Positions 44,057-53,714 are shown, counted from the first letter of the stretch. The stretch is DNA of 64,000 bases from a virus (IMGVR_UViG_3300031994_000017:58023-122022); one strand, 5' to 3'. Notes: generated from the letters alone by a model not told the origin. Program-made: numbers and translations.

Positions 44057-44787
44057 TCTATTACTAGATAACCAGATATTTTTTATTCAAAATATCTGAA
44101 AAACAATTTATTTTAGATAAATCAGTATAGGGAATTCTGTATAAAGGAATGTTATGAGATAAACAATAATCATTTTTTATTTTATCTCTCATTTGGTTCT
44201 TTGATAAATTAAAAAATCCTTCTTCAAAGTGCTATTTACCATCATATTCTATTAAATATTTTAAATTGTTATTTTCATCAAAAATAGCAAAATCAAAACG
44301 ACATAAATAACCTTTTTCTGTTTTACAATTCTAAAAACTGTATTCTTGTTTAAAAAGAATATTATTTTTTTGTAAAATAGAACTTATCTTTTTTTCACCA
44401 AAAGATTTAATACATCCACAACTTTTACTTTTTCCAGATAACAAAGAACCAATTTCAACATCTCGCTCTGTTCCGCAAGAACATTTACAATGCCAATAAT
44501 AAGAACCAGTAGAGGTTTTTTTATCTGTTCTATATAAAGCAATCCATTCTCCAAATTTCTAATTTGTAATATCTTTTGGCTAAAACTAATTTTTTATTGT
44601 AGTATTTTTTTTAATACAACCACAACTCTTAGTATTATTATTTTTTAAATTAGAACCTAAAACTTCAACTTTATTACCACAATCACACTAACATAACCAA
44701 TAATAACCATGTTTGGAGGATTTTGTTTTATATAAAACTTTTAATTTACCAAACTAACAATTTGCTAAATCTAATGTTTTAGGCATT
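44057..44787 (-). mobile_element. PD-(D/E)xK (DUF559/Vsr-like) putative homing endonuclease with two duplicated N-terminal DNA-binding modules; at least 6 in-frame TAG codons
   Basis: Repeats FGKLKVLYKT...YYWLC[TAG]CDCG and FGEWIALYRTD...YYWHCKCSCG. The C-terminus has YLCRFDFAIFDEN...LIEYDGK[TAG]HFEE. Confidence 0.4.
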
Positions 44788-44841
44788 ATTTTCCTCCTTT
44801 TTTCTATATATATTATATTAAAATTTTTTATAAAAATCAAA

Positions 44842-45576
44842 TTAAAAATCTTTTGTTCCTTTACCAAGATTACAATCTTGGCACAATGTTTGTAGATTTT
44901 CTGGGACAGTTTTTCCACCTTTTGCAATTGGAATAATATGGTCAACATGAAGTTTAACTCCATCCGCTTGTGTACGGCCACAAATTTGACATTTATAATT
45001 GTCTCGTTTCAAAATATCATAACGCAATCCTGCGGTTAATTTTTCTCGTTCTTGCTTTCTATTATCAATTGAATTATTTAAATTTTTTGTGTTATTTTCC
45101 AAGAATTTATCTAAAAAGAAAAAATTTTTTTGTTTTATTGCTTCTAAATATTCATCAGTTCCCCAACTTATAAGGCAATAATACGCTAAAGGATGATTCA
45201 TATCTTCTTGACATAAAACTTTAGAAAAATTTTGATTGTCAACAATATTAAGAAAATCTTTTATTTGAAATTTATGATAAGGAGGAACGTTAAAATAAAC
45301 TACCCCATGTCCTTCTTTTCTTGAATTTGGAATGGTTTTTTGACTAAAATAAATGCGCCAAAAACTATTTGTATCAAAATCTAAGCGACACAATATATAA
45401 GATAATCCTTGATTAGCCAATTCAATTAACCATTTTGAAAAATATTCATTAAAAAAATTATTAGAATCCTGAATCGCTCTTTCTCTTTTTATTTGTTGTT
45501 CTAATTGATATGTTTTTTCTTGCTGTTCTATTGTGGTTTTGGTTAATTCTTGTAATTGACTAACTAAACTATTCAT
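44842..45576 (-). CDS. HNH endonuclease
   Basis: C-terminal YKCQICGRT...HVDHIIPIAKGG...NLQTLCQDCN. Confidence 0.6.
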   Translation of the reverse strand: MNSLVSQLQELTKTTIEQQEKTYQLEQQIKRERAIQDSNNFFNEYFSKWLIELANQGLSYILCRLDFDTNSFWRIYFSQKTIPNSRKEGHGVVYFNVPPYHKFQIKDFLNIVDNQNFSKVLCQEDMNHPLAYYCLISWGTDEYLEAIKQKNFFFLDKFLENNTKNLNNSIDNRKQEREKLTAGLRYDILKRDNYKCQICGRTQADGVKLHVDHIIPIAKGGKTVPENLQTLCQDCNLGKGTKDF

Positions 45577-45616
45577 TTTAATTATTCCTTTATTCTTTAT
45601 TATTATTTAAAAAAAT

Positions 45617-45652
45617 GGACCGGGATACCAGATTCGAACTGGCATCGCAGTC
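45617..45652 (-). pseudogene. tRNA 3'-half fragment (T-arm plus acceptor 3' strand, no 5' partner)
   Basis: Minus-strand GACTGCGATGCCAGTTCGAATCTGGTATCCCGGTCCA. Confidence 0.3.
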
Positions 45653-45657
45653 TTATA

Positions 45658-45746
45658 TGGTGCCGGGGAGGGGATTTGAACCCCCAATCCCTCACGGGCG
45701 TCGGATTTTAAGTCCGATGCATATACCTAAATTCTGCCACCCCGGC
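45658..45746 (-). tRNA. tRNA-Leu(TAA), class II, CCA encoded
   Basis: GCCGGGGTGGCAGAAT...CGGACTTAAAATCCG...GGGGTTCAAATCCCC...CGGCACCA. Confidence 0.7.
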
Positions 45747-45754
45747 ATTTATTA

Positions 45755-46069
45755 TTATCTAATGTTATTTAGATATTCTTCTTCAGTAATTTCTTCCCAA
45801 GTGGTATAGTCAGAAATAGAGTCATAATAATCTTCTCGGTCTTCTTCAGATTCCCAATCTTCATCCCAACCAGTTACTACATACTCATAGGATTCTGCGT
45901 ACTCATAGGCGAAATTATCTGCACAAGATTCAATATAAAAAGGATCAGAATTAATATCTTCTTCTGTGACCATGATATATTCATCCCAGTCACAACCACA
46001 GTAACCATTTCCACCGGATAAATGAAAATAACGCATAATTTTACTCCTTTTTTTATTATCTAGACTCAT
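45755..46069 (-). CDS. Acidic hypothetical protein
   Basis: 104-aa ORF. Confidence 0.35.
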   Translation of the reverse strand: MSLDNKKRSKIMRYFHLSGGNGYCGCDWDEYIMVTEEDINSDPFYIESCADNFAYEYAESYEYVVTGWDEDWESEEDREDYYDSISDYTTWEEITEEEYLNNIR

Positions 46070-46141
46070 TAAAAAACATCTTCTAAAATCCCAAATTCTA
46101 TGATTATTTTTTTAATAAATTGCTGTGTGAGTCTAATTACA

Positions 46142-46217
46142 TGGCAGGGGAAGTGAGGCTCGAACTCACAACCTACGGTTTTAGAGACCGTCGCTCTAGC
46201 CGATTGCGCTATTCCCC
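46142..46217 (-). tRNA. tRNA-Sup(CTA), an amber suppressor: anticodon stem ACGGT/ACCGT with loop CTCTAAA
   Basis: GGGGAATAGCGCAATCGGCTAGAGCGACGGTCTCTAAAACCGTAGGTTGTGAGTTCGAGCCTCACTTCCCCTGCCA. Confidence 0.65.
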
Positions 46218-46276
46218 AATATAAAAACAAGACAGTATATTAATTGCTTTATCCTCTAAGCTAACTTTCCTATTCA

Positions 46277-46345
46277 TGGCGGAAGGTATCGGAATCGAAC
46301 CGATGATACATTAAATAATGTATTTGCTGTAACTGTCTTTATCTT
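46277..46345 (-). pseudogene. tRNA-like 3' fragment with a CCA end and T-arm (ATCGGTTCGATTCCGAT) but no canonical 5' acceptor strand
   Basis: Sequence inspection. Confidence 0.25.
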
Positions 46346-46390
46346 ACATATATATTATATCATATTTTTTTTAAAAAATCAAATTAATAT
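46330..46390 (-). promoter_or_regulatory. Conserved promoter motif (copy)
   Basis: TTGATTTTTTAAAAAAAAATATGATATAATATATATGTAAGATAAAG on the minus strand. Confidence 0.5.
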
Positions 46391-46449
46391 TTTTAATTTA
46401 TAAAACCAAAAGTGAAAATATAATACCTAAATATTATAATTAATAACAT

Positions 46450-46716
46450 TTATTTAGCCAATCAGAATCTTTCCAAGTATAATTTCTAAAGGTAAGTAAA
46501 TTCATTCTTGCTAAATATCGTCCTAAAATATTTTTACCTTTATACATTATGGTTATTTTTTCCCAATATTTTTTAATATATGGATAATCTAAAGCTTTTA
46601 ATACTGGCAAAAATGTATTTATATTATAAGGATCAATAATATTTATTAACTCTTGTTTTGTATGCTCAGTATAAAATTGTTTATTTTTTTTCTAATAATA
46701 CTAATGTTTCATTAAA
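46450..46716 (-). CDS. Small hypothetical protein (2 TAG codons)
   Basis: MKH[TAG]YY[TAG]KKNKQFYTEHTKQELINII... Confidence 0.25.
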
Positions 46717-47521
46717 TAAGTCCTTCAATATATGCTCTATCTTCGGTAAGAATAGGCATTTCATCATCAATATACCAAGGATGACGTGTAATTACAATAC
46801 CATTTTCTGTCTCAGTAGATGCTAAATATCGCCGCACAAAAGAGCCTCTCTTTTCGGGAATTGAATAATCATCCCAATTAATTCCCTTTTGGAAAAGCAT
46901 TTCTTGAATATCTGCTTGAGATTTACCATTTAATTCCTTATGACTGAATTGTGCCTGGCCAGCAGCTTGGATACTATTTCTTGTAGCATCCTTTTGGCGC
47001 CAAATAAAATAATTACAAACCTCTTCTTTAGGAATATTAAATGCTCGCGCATCAAAAGTTGCTCTAAATTGTTTAGGACACCAAAGATTATATTTATCCC
47101 AATAGCGTTCATTATCACCTTCAAAAGAATGTTGTGTCATAGCATCATAAGATTTCACTGTTTCAGCAACTTGGTAATTGAAAACTGCGGTAGCACGTGC
47201 GGCCGCAAGGGTAGTAATCTTTTGAAGATTATAGTCAAACCAAGCATCAGTATCAATATTTTGATAATCAATTAAAAGAAGAGAAATTTCATCACTCTGG
47301 ACATATCCACCAACACAACCTTGAATACCTGCGCAAAGAGATTTACAAGTTTCTTGCATCATACGCATAAAGTCGGCATCAAAGGGTCTATCAAGACCGC
47401 GAGTAAAAGTGTGAAAAGCATTACCATCTACTCGGATGATTACAGGCATACGCCGAGTTAGATAAAATCTATATCGGTTTTCATAGAAGTCTTTCATTCT
47501 ATCGCCAAGAGTATCTTTCAT
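46712..47521 (-). CDS. Thg1-like protein (tRNA-His guanylyltransferase / 3'-5' polymerase family)
   Basis: PVIIRVDGNAFHTFTRGLDRPFDADF matches the Thg1/TLP N-terminal catalytic signature; strong SD (AAGGAGGG). Confidence 0.55.
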   Translation of the reverse strand: MKDTLGDRMKDFYENRYRFYLTRRMPVIIRVDGNAFHTFTRGLDRPFDADFMRMMQETCKSLCAGIQGCVGGYVQSDEISLLLIDYQNIDTDAWFDYNLQKITTLAAARATAVFNYQVAETVKSYDAMTQHSFEGDNERYWDKYNLWCPKQFRATFDARAFNIPKEEVCNYFIWRQKDATRNSIQAAGQAQFSHKELNGKSQADIQEMLFQKGINWDDYSIPEKRGSFVRRYLASTETENGIVITRHPWYIDDEMPILTEDRAYIEGLI

Positions 47522-47529
47522 AATTTCCC

Positions 47530-47585
47530 TCCTTTATTTTCTATATATATTATAATATATTTTTTTAAAAAAATCAAATTATTTG
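47530..47585 (-). promoter_or_regulatory. Conserved promoter motif (copy)
   Basis: TTGATTTTTTTAAAAAAATATATTATAATATATATAGAAAATAAAGG on the minus strand. Confidence 0.5.
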
Positions 47586-47890
47586 TCTTTAAACCATTTG
47601 CGCCATTCGGCATTCAGATATTCTTCTTTATTTTTATAACGCTGTGTATATTCTATAGTATGCGGATGAGATATATCAGTTAAATCTTTATAATAATCTT
47701 TTTCAGTTTCTTCTTTAGACCAGCGAAATCTATAATCGTGAATATCCCAAGTATTATAATATCTTTTATATTTGCGGCCATGGGGAATATTTTCCTCTTT
47801 CCGCACACGCTTATTAGCTTTACGTTTAAAGTATTTACGCCCTTTTTTATGATCGGTGCATATGGGCGTTTTCTTATAGCTTCTGGACAT
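47579..47890 (-). CDS. Highly basic small protein
   Basis: 103 aa, Lys/Arg-rich. Confidence 0.35.
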   Translation of the reverse strand: MSRSYKKTPICTDHKKGRKYFKRKANKRVRKEENIPHGRKYKRYYNTWDIHDYRFRWSKEETEKDYYKDLTDISHPHTIEYTQRYKNKEEYLNAEWRKWFKDK

Positions 47891-47949
47891 ATTGTAATTC
47901 CTCCTTAATAAAAGTAATTACATAAAAATACATCCTTTCTATTATCTAT

Positions 47950-48039
47950 TGGCGGGAGCGGTAGGATTTGAACCCACGGACGGAAAACCGCCTCTTGTTT
48001 TCAAGACAAGCGCCATAAACCAGACTCGGCCACACTCCC
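47950..48039 (-). tRNA. tRNA-Ser(TGA), class II
   Basis: GGGAGTGTGGCCGAGTCTGG...CTTGTCTTGAAAACAAG...GGGTTCAAATCC...CCGCCA. Confidence 0.7.
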
Positions 48040-48144
48040 ATATTACAAGACTCCTACTATACTTTGCCGACATATAGTTTTAATAAAAATGGAGGCTATT
48101 AATTTTGCTGTAAGAGTCTTTGTTTGTTAACAAAAATTAATTAA

Positions 48145-49387
48145 TTAAGGCCATTCACCCAACGGCTTACCCAACTTACCAACTTCAATATCAGTATTAA
48201 AATACACACCCTGAACAGCTTCACCTGTAAGAATGTCCTTAGCAATGTCCTGATACAAAGTGCTAACCACACCATGACAATCATTAAGATTATCATTAAA
48301 GAACTGTACAACACAGTTCTTAAATACAACATAAGTCATAGCAAACCAATTATATCCATCTTCTACTGGAGAAACAGCATAAGCAAAAGCGGGATTCTTT
48401 TCAAAAGCAGTTTCAAAGAGTTCCTTCTTACTTACAAAAGCTCGATTACTAGGAACACCATCTACCATAACCTTCAAGATAACATTGCCGCAATAAATTT
48501 CACTAGGCAAAATTTGCGTAAGAGCCGTTACCTTATCCGAGTTATTACAAGCAAGAATAATAAAAGGCTCTGGACCGCTCCAATTCACATTACAAGCAAT
48601 CTGAGGGTCTCCATCAAACAAAGCTTCAATTTCATGGATATAAGTAACCCAAGGAGGGGAAATCTTTAAACGAACATTATCCATTTCTGTCTCCTTTACA
48701 TATTTTCAAAAGTAGCTACCGCGCTTTCAGTTTCCGTTACTTCAAGGCAGGCATTTTTATAATATTTGCGCATTTGCTCATAAAAATCTTGTGCCTGCTT
48801 CAGCTCATTACTAGCAATATTCAACTTCTTCAAAGCTCTCTTCATGCGCTTACGAGCAATCTTATGAGCACATCTTGCGGTTGCAAGGTCTTTACCTTTT
48901 TCAAGATCAAACCGGTCATTAGGAGCGCACTTAGCAATACCACGAACAGCCTTACCAGCGTAAGTTGAAAGAGCAATTACCTTATTACCAGCGGTAATAT
49001 ACTTATAATTATACATATTTTTTCTCCTTAATTATTTTTCATTTTCTATATATATTATACTAAATTTTTTAAATAAAATCAAATTTTGTTTCTTTTTATT
49101 TTTAAAGTACAAGATTGATAAATAGGAATTATTAGAAAATTTTCTATTTCTTCATATTCATGGTCTATTATTTTCATTTCATTATAAGCGTTTTTTAAAT
49201 AAAGATAAAAATAACATCCTTCTTCTAAAGGGTAATTAATATTAACTTCTATTTTTTCTTCACTTTTATCAAAATTATAATTTATAGTTTTACTTGGTAT
49301 TAATTTATAGCAATCACCATTTTTATATAATGGTTGATATCCCGCCACAACGATTCTTAAATCATCAATTATATCTTGTTTTGTCAC
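48145..49387 (-). CDS. Three hypothetical proteins (48145..48684, 48696..49016 basic, 49079..49387)
   Basis: ORF track. Confidence 0.35.
49040..49090 (-). promoter_or_regulatory. Conserved promoter motif (copy)
   Basis: Same consensus. Confidence 0.5.
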
Positions 49388-49464
49388 AATTATATCCTTT
49401 CTTTTTGAATGTTATAATGATCGGGATCGTGACTGACCCCTAAAGTCGCTAGCTGCTATAACAA

Positions 49465-49540
49465 TGGAGCAAATAGCGGGATTCGAACCCGCCCCTAATG
49501 CTTGGCAAGCACTCGTGCTAACCACTGACACCATACCTGC
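49465..49540 (-). tRNA. tRNA-Gly(GCC)
   Basis: Loop TTGCCAA; T-arm GGGTTCGAATCCC; CCA end. Confidence 0.6.
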
Positions 49541-49579
49541 TTAGGTGTCCCGCCATTTAAACTCTAACGGGCTGAGTTA

Positions 49580-49665
49580 TGGAGCCGAAGGTGAGATTCG
49601 AACTCACGCGGGCTTGCGCCTCTGGGTTACAAATCCAGTGCAATCGACCACTATGCGACTTCGGC
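49580..49665 (-). tRNA. Class II tRNA with anticodon loop TTTGTAA. Loop position gives TGT, but the long variable arm argues against Thr, so the identity is uncertain (Tyr-like?).
   Basis: GCCGAAG...CTGGATTTGTAACCCAG...GTGAGTTCGAATCTCAC...CTTCGGCTCCA. Confidence 0.45.
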
Positions 49666-50182
49666 ATATAAAAATATTCTATCTGAATATTTGTTTTGAT
49701 TTTTACTTATATTGCGCTAACCGCAGTTGCCAATAACCCAGAGATTATAGCCACCCCAACCTCAAAATCAAAAAGAAATAATTCAGATAGAATATTCCGT
49801 TTAATAAAAATTTATAATAAATAATGCGTACTATCCGTAATGGAAGATAGCTATAAATTTTATTAAACTTACATTCTATTTAATCGTCTCGCATTATAGA
49901 CATAACATATTATATCATTCATACCATTACCTTTTTCCACTTACTTCGCTTGTATTTTATTATACTGTCTATCTAAACCGCTTGTATTGCTCCATATCAC
50001 TGACCTGCATATCTTAAAGACGTCGAGGTTGAGTGCCAGGAGTAGTTTAGTGGGAATCCGTGCTTTCTTTGACAGTTTTGCGCTACTATCAGCGCAAGTG
50101 GTGACTCGTAGAGAGTACGATTCTCTATCTGTAGCTTGAGAGGCTACTGTCCTAGGCCAATTAGACGAACGAGCCATATAGA

Positions 50183-50259
50183 TGGTAGCGCGTGAGGGAT
50201 TCGAACCCTGCGCCTCCGGCTTGAAGGGCCGGCGTCTTAGCCTACTTGACTAACGCGCC
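50183..50259 (-). tRNA. tRNA-Glu(TTC) (probable; position 33 is C)
   Basis: Stem CCGGC/GCCGG with loop CCTTCAA. Confidence 0.45.
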
Positions 50260-50559
50260 ATATAAGATAGGTACTTGCTTCGCTTTATTTTAAGTCCCAC
50301 GTAGAATGTACCTTAAAACCTTGGACTAAATAAATAACTTTTCCACGGATCGCTTTTAATTATGTCCGAAATTCTAGCGCGCTCTTAGTTACTGTTGTAT
50401 TCCCCAACCTATCTCGCCCTGTTGAGGAGCCTCGGCCTTGAGGCAAGTTATTTATTAAAACTATTTTCAGCTCGCATCAAAGAGATAGTTTTAAATGCGC
50501 CCAGGAACACCACGTGGAGGTAAATAGTCATCGTCCCCATAGAAAGAATTTATTTCTTT

Positions 50560-50620
50560 CTTTATTTTGTATATATATTATACCAAATTTTTTTTAAAAA
50601 GTCAAATAATTTTCTAAATG
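50560..50620 (-). promoter_or_regulatory. Conserved promoter motif (copy)
   Basis: TTGACTTTTTAAAAAAAATTTGGTATAATATATATACAAAATAAAG on the minus strand. Confidence 0.5.
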
Positions 50621-50704
50621 GTGCGGAATAAGGGACTCGAACCCATACGCCCAAAGGACAACAGCTTCTAAAGCTGCCATGACTACCAATTCCATCAATT
50701 CCGC
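50619..50704 (-). tRNA. tRNA-Leu(TAG), class II
   Basis: Stem GCAGC/GCTGT with loop TTTAGAA; long variable arm. Confidence 0.55.
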
Positions 50705-50730
50705 ATATTAAGCAAGACACTTATAATTTT

Positions 50731-50796
50731 AGAGGGTCGGATTTGAACCGACAATTTCCAATTTTTTAGATTGGCGACTTAACCCTTTGTCTACCC
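50731..50796 (-). pseudogene. Degenerate tRNA-like element (anticodon loop CTAAAAA, weak acceptor stem)
   Basis: Perfect T-arm GTCGGTTCAAATCCGAC, but the acceptor has 2 internal mismatches and no CCA. Confidence 0.25.
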
Positions 50797-50829
50797 AAAA
50801 AATTAAATTTGCTGTAAATGTCTTTAAAA

Positions 50830-50906
50830 TGGTGCGCAAAGTGAGACTTGAACTCACACGCTCTAGCGAGCAATAGGGTTTGAGCCTATCGCGTATACCA
50901 ATTCCG
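50830..50906 (-). tRNA. tRNA-Leu(CAA), class II
   Basis: Stem ATAGG/CCTAT with loop CTCAAAC. Confidence 0.6.
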
Positions 50907-51196
50907 CCATTTGCGCATAAAAGCATTTGAGTGGTCTGCAGCCCAACTCCATTAATGATAGCAGCATCACTACCAGTTTATTTTCCAATTTTTGTTACGC
51001 AAGTCTCGGATAACAAACAAAATTCTGACTCCGTTGATATTTGCGGCAATCACAGCCGATGTCTTACGCGGCTAAGACACAAACCGGTTTTTCTTTTCAT
51101 TTTTATGGGTGAAGGTACAACTCCAATACCAAACCAAGTAATTTTTTGATAACTAATCCTCTATTAGTTACAACGTAAAAATTACCAAAACGAAAC

Positions 51197-51259
51197 TGCG
51201 CCCAATGGGATTTGAACCCATACTTCTTCTAATCAACAAAAAGCGTACTCCCTATTATA
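51197..51259 (-). tRNA. Atypical class I tRNA-like with an anticodon loop containing TGA (GTTGATT), a G:G acceptor mismatch and no CCA
   Basis: GTGGCCATAGTATAATAGGGAGTAC...ATGGGTTCAAATCCCAT. Confidence 0.3.
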
Positions 51260-51264
51260 CTATG

Positions 51265-51339
51265 GCCACATATTTGGCGATCTTGCGGGGAATTGAACCC
51301 CGATCTACGGAGAGACAGTCCGTCATAATAGCCATTATA
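51265..51339 (-). tRNA. tRNA-Asp(GTC)
   Basis: Stem ACGGA/TCCGT with loop CTGTCTC; acceptor GGTCTTG/CAAGATC; CCA. Confidence 0.65.
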
Positions 51340-51344
51340 CCACA

Positions 51345-51433
51345 AGACCATATATGGTGAAAGATATGGGAATTGAACCCATCTGTTTTTCTCGGTGCAA
51401 GCGAGACGACTACCCCATGCAGTCCTATCCCCC
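51345..51433 (-). tRNA. tRNA-Ala(TGC) with G3:U70, A73 and CCA; unusually extended 5' region
   Basis: Stem TCTCG/CGAGA with loop CTTGCAC; acceptor GGGGGAT/ATCTTTC via G:U pairs. Confidence 0.45.
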
Positions 51434-51439
51434 ATCTTT

Positions 51440-51490
51440 CTTTACCTTACATATATATTATATCAAATTTTTTTTAAAAAATCAATTTTA
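51440..51490 (-). promoter_or_regulatory. Conserved promoter motif (copy)
   Basis: Same consensus. Confidence 0.5.
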
Positions 51491-51499
51491 AGATTGAAT

Positions 51500-52098
51500 T
51501 TACCAAGAAGCGTAATCAGTAATATCTTGCTTTGTATTACACTTATCACAAATTATATAAATTACCGAACCAACAGAAGTAGGATATACCTCGTAATAAA
51601 TTTTGCCGCCCTTGCAATCATGATGGCGCGCAATAAATTCGTCTCTTCTACTTCTTTCTTTTGGAGTTGTTACTGCCAATGGTTGAAGTTCTTCTGAAGA
51701 ATAAATAGGATCAAAATCAATAACTTGATTTGAAAAATTATTATTATTCTGTTGTTCTTCTAACTTCTTTAATCTAGTTTCAAAATCATTTAAAGTTTGT
51801 AAAATAGTATCAACCATTATAAATCCTCCAAAATTACATCAGAAAAACTTTCCCATTCATCACGAATCTCTACAAAATTACAAGACTCAAAATCAATGTA
51901 TTCTCCAGTTTCTCCAGAAATAATACAACTACCTACTACAATTCCGCCATAATAAATTGTTGGCATATCTACCAAAGTATAAATAACTTGTGCGGGACGA
52001 GGAAAAGTAAAACCATCCATAGTTTCTTTACAATTTATAAAAAACATAAAAACATCCTTTCTTAAAACACAGGAAGCCAATTGCCGCAACACGGACAC
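51500..52098 (-). CDS. Two small hypothetical proteins (51500..51817, 51817..52098)
   Basis: ORF track. Confidence 0.35.
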
Positions 52099-52214
52099 TC
52101 AATATGCGGATAAGGCATAAGAATAATATCTGGATCATCAAAACTTTCTACAGCAACTTCTGTTCCACAAATTTTACATACACAAGAAAAGACGATAGAT
52201 TTCATTTACTTTTT

Positions 52215-52270
52215 TCCTTTCTTCATTTTCTATATATATTATATCAAAAATTTTTATAAAAATCAAAAAA
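52215..52270 (-). promoter_or_regulatory. Conserved promoter motif (copy)
   Basis: Same consensus. Confidence 0.5.
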
Positions 52271-52424
52271 GCGGTTATAAAAATATAAAATTTATAACCG
52301 CTTTATATAAAATAAAAGAACTAAATAAAACTCTTAATCAGAGTGAGATTTTTCTCTATTATAATATAAAATTATTAAAACAATTTTATATCATTTGGGC
52401 CAGAATTAAAAATCATAAATCTCA

Positions 52425-52842
52425 TCTAACATTTCATCAATTTCTTCCTCTGTAGCGATACGAAGATCAAAAGAATCTCCTCCACCAATGATTAAAGCAC
52501 TTTCTTCTTTTAAGATACGAGCGCCGGGATGAATATATCCTAATCTTACATATTTTGTCGGTAAAACCTCAGTTAAATCTTTTGAAATGCCCTTAACCGC
52601 AACATGTAAATCTAAATTAGGAGTTTCTAAAACTTTACTAGGTATTACTGCGTCACATTCAAGCCCCTCTGCTAAACTAACAACTTTCTTTATATTACCG
52701 GCCTAAAAACTGGCTTTTTTATCTAAATTTGCCCATTTATTGTCAAAACTAAAATGAATTTTATGTCCTATTCGACCTGAAGTTAAAATTTCAGGTCTTA
52801 CTACTTTAATGTTGCCATTAAATACAGAAACTTCAATCATTT
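52425..52842 (-). CDS. Hypothetical protein with 2 TAG codons (coordinates approximate)
   Basis: Open frame MIEVSVFNGNIKVVRPEILTSGRIGHKIHFSFDNKWANLDKKAS[TAG]AGNIKKVV...DLRIATEEEIDEMLDEIYDF. Confidence 0.3.
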
Positions 52843-52910
52843 AAAATCAACTCCTTCTATTATTTTTCAAAAAAAAATAAAGTTGATTATTTATCTTGGC
52901 CCTAATTTTA

Positions 52911-52985
52911 TGGCAGGCCCGAGTGGATTTGAACCACTACCAACAGAGTCAAAGTCTGTTATGCTAACCATTACACAACGGGCCC
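52911..52985 (-). tRNA. tRNA-Gln(TTG)
   Basis: Stem ACAGA/TCTGT with loop CTTTGAC; acceptor GGGCCCG. Confidence 0.6.
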
Positions 52986-52998
52986 ATATCATTAAAAT

Positions 52999-53078
52999 TG
53001 GAGGTTCCGGTTGGATTCGAACCAACGTAACTACTGCTTTGCAGGCAGCGGCCTTGAACCAGACTCGGCAACGGAACC
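52999..53078 (-). tRNA. tRNA-Cys(GCA) (probable)
   Basis: Stem GCTGC/GCAGT with loop CTGCAAA. Confidence 0.45.
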
Positions 53079-53082
53079 ATAT

Positions 53083-53217
53083 TGGTGGGGAAGGACAGGA
53101 TTTGAACCTGCGAAGCTTTTTATAGCACTGAATTTACGCTCATTAATTGCTGTTATCAAGCCTGACTACGAGACTCAGTTATGATTTCAGCCCCTTTGAC
53201 CGCTCGGGAACTTCCCC
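53083..53217 (-). ncRNA. 135-nt tRNA-like RNA. Its ends pair perfectly (GGGGAAG / CTTCCCC followed by A-CCA) and it has a canonical T-arm, but it carries about 45 extra nt.
   Basis: GGGGAAGTTCCCGAGCGGTCAAAGGGG...GCAGGTTCAAATCCTGTCCTTCCCCACCA. Confidence 0.3.
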
Positions 53218-53221
53218 ATAT

Positions 53222-53297
53222 TGGTGGGCCATCCTGGAGTTGAACCAGGGACGCGCAGGGCTTCAACCTGCCGCTCTACCAACTGAGCTAAAGACCC
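53222..53297 (-). tRNA. tRNA-Phe(GAA)
   Basis: D-arm TAGCTCAGTTGGTAGAGC; loop TTGAAGC. Confidence 0.65.
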
Positions 53298-53637
53298 ATA
53301 TATATCATTGATTATCCGGCTCAATGATATAAAGCCTTTATATGTCCCAAACTATAAGTAAAGGATTACATAGTAAATCTGGCTGTTCCTCAAACTCCGT
53401 TTAACTGTTTCACAACGCCATGACTCACTCATGAGAAACCTTCGGGCGAATGCAGCACCAGATTATAGATATAATTTTTTTGTATAAAGAAAACTATAAA
53501 AAAACTTCCCAATCTTTTTAAAACGCCGCTATGGGGACGATGCCATCTTAAAAAAAGAGGACCATTAGTTTAATGTAAAAGTGCCCGTTGGACGAAAAGA
53601 TATTTGCATTGGTTAAAAGCGCTATTCATGGCGCCGT

Positions 53638-53714
53638 TGGTGCGGATACACGGACTCGAACCGCGACGTCTCATGCTTGTAAGGCATATGTTTTAACCAG
53701 TTAAACTATACCCG
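53638..53714 (-). tRNA. tRNA-Val(TAC)
   Basis: Loop CTTACAA; acceptor GCGGGTA. Confidence 0.55.
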
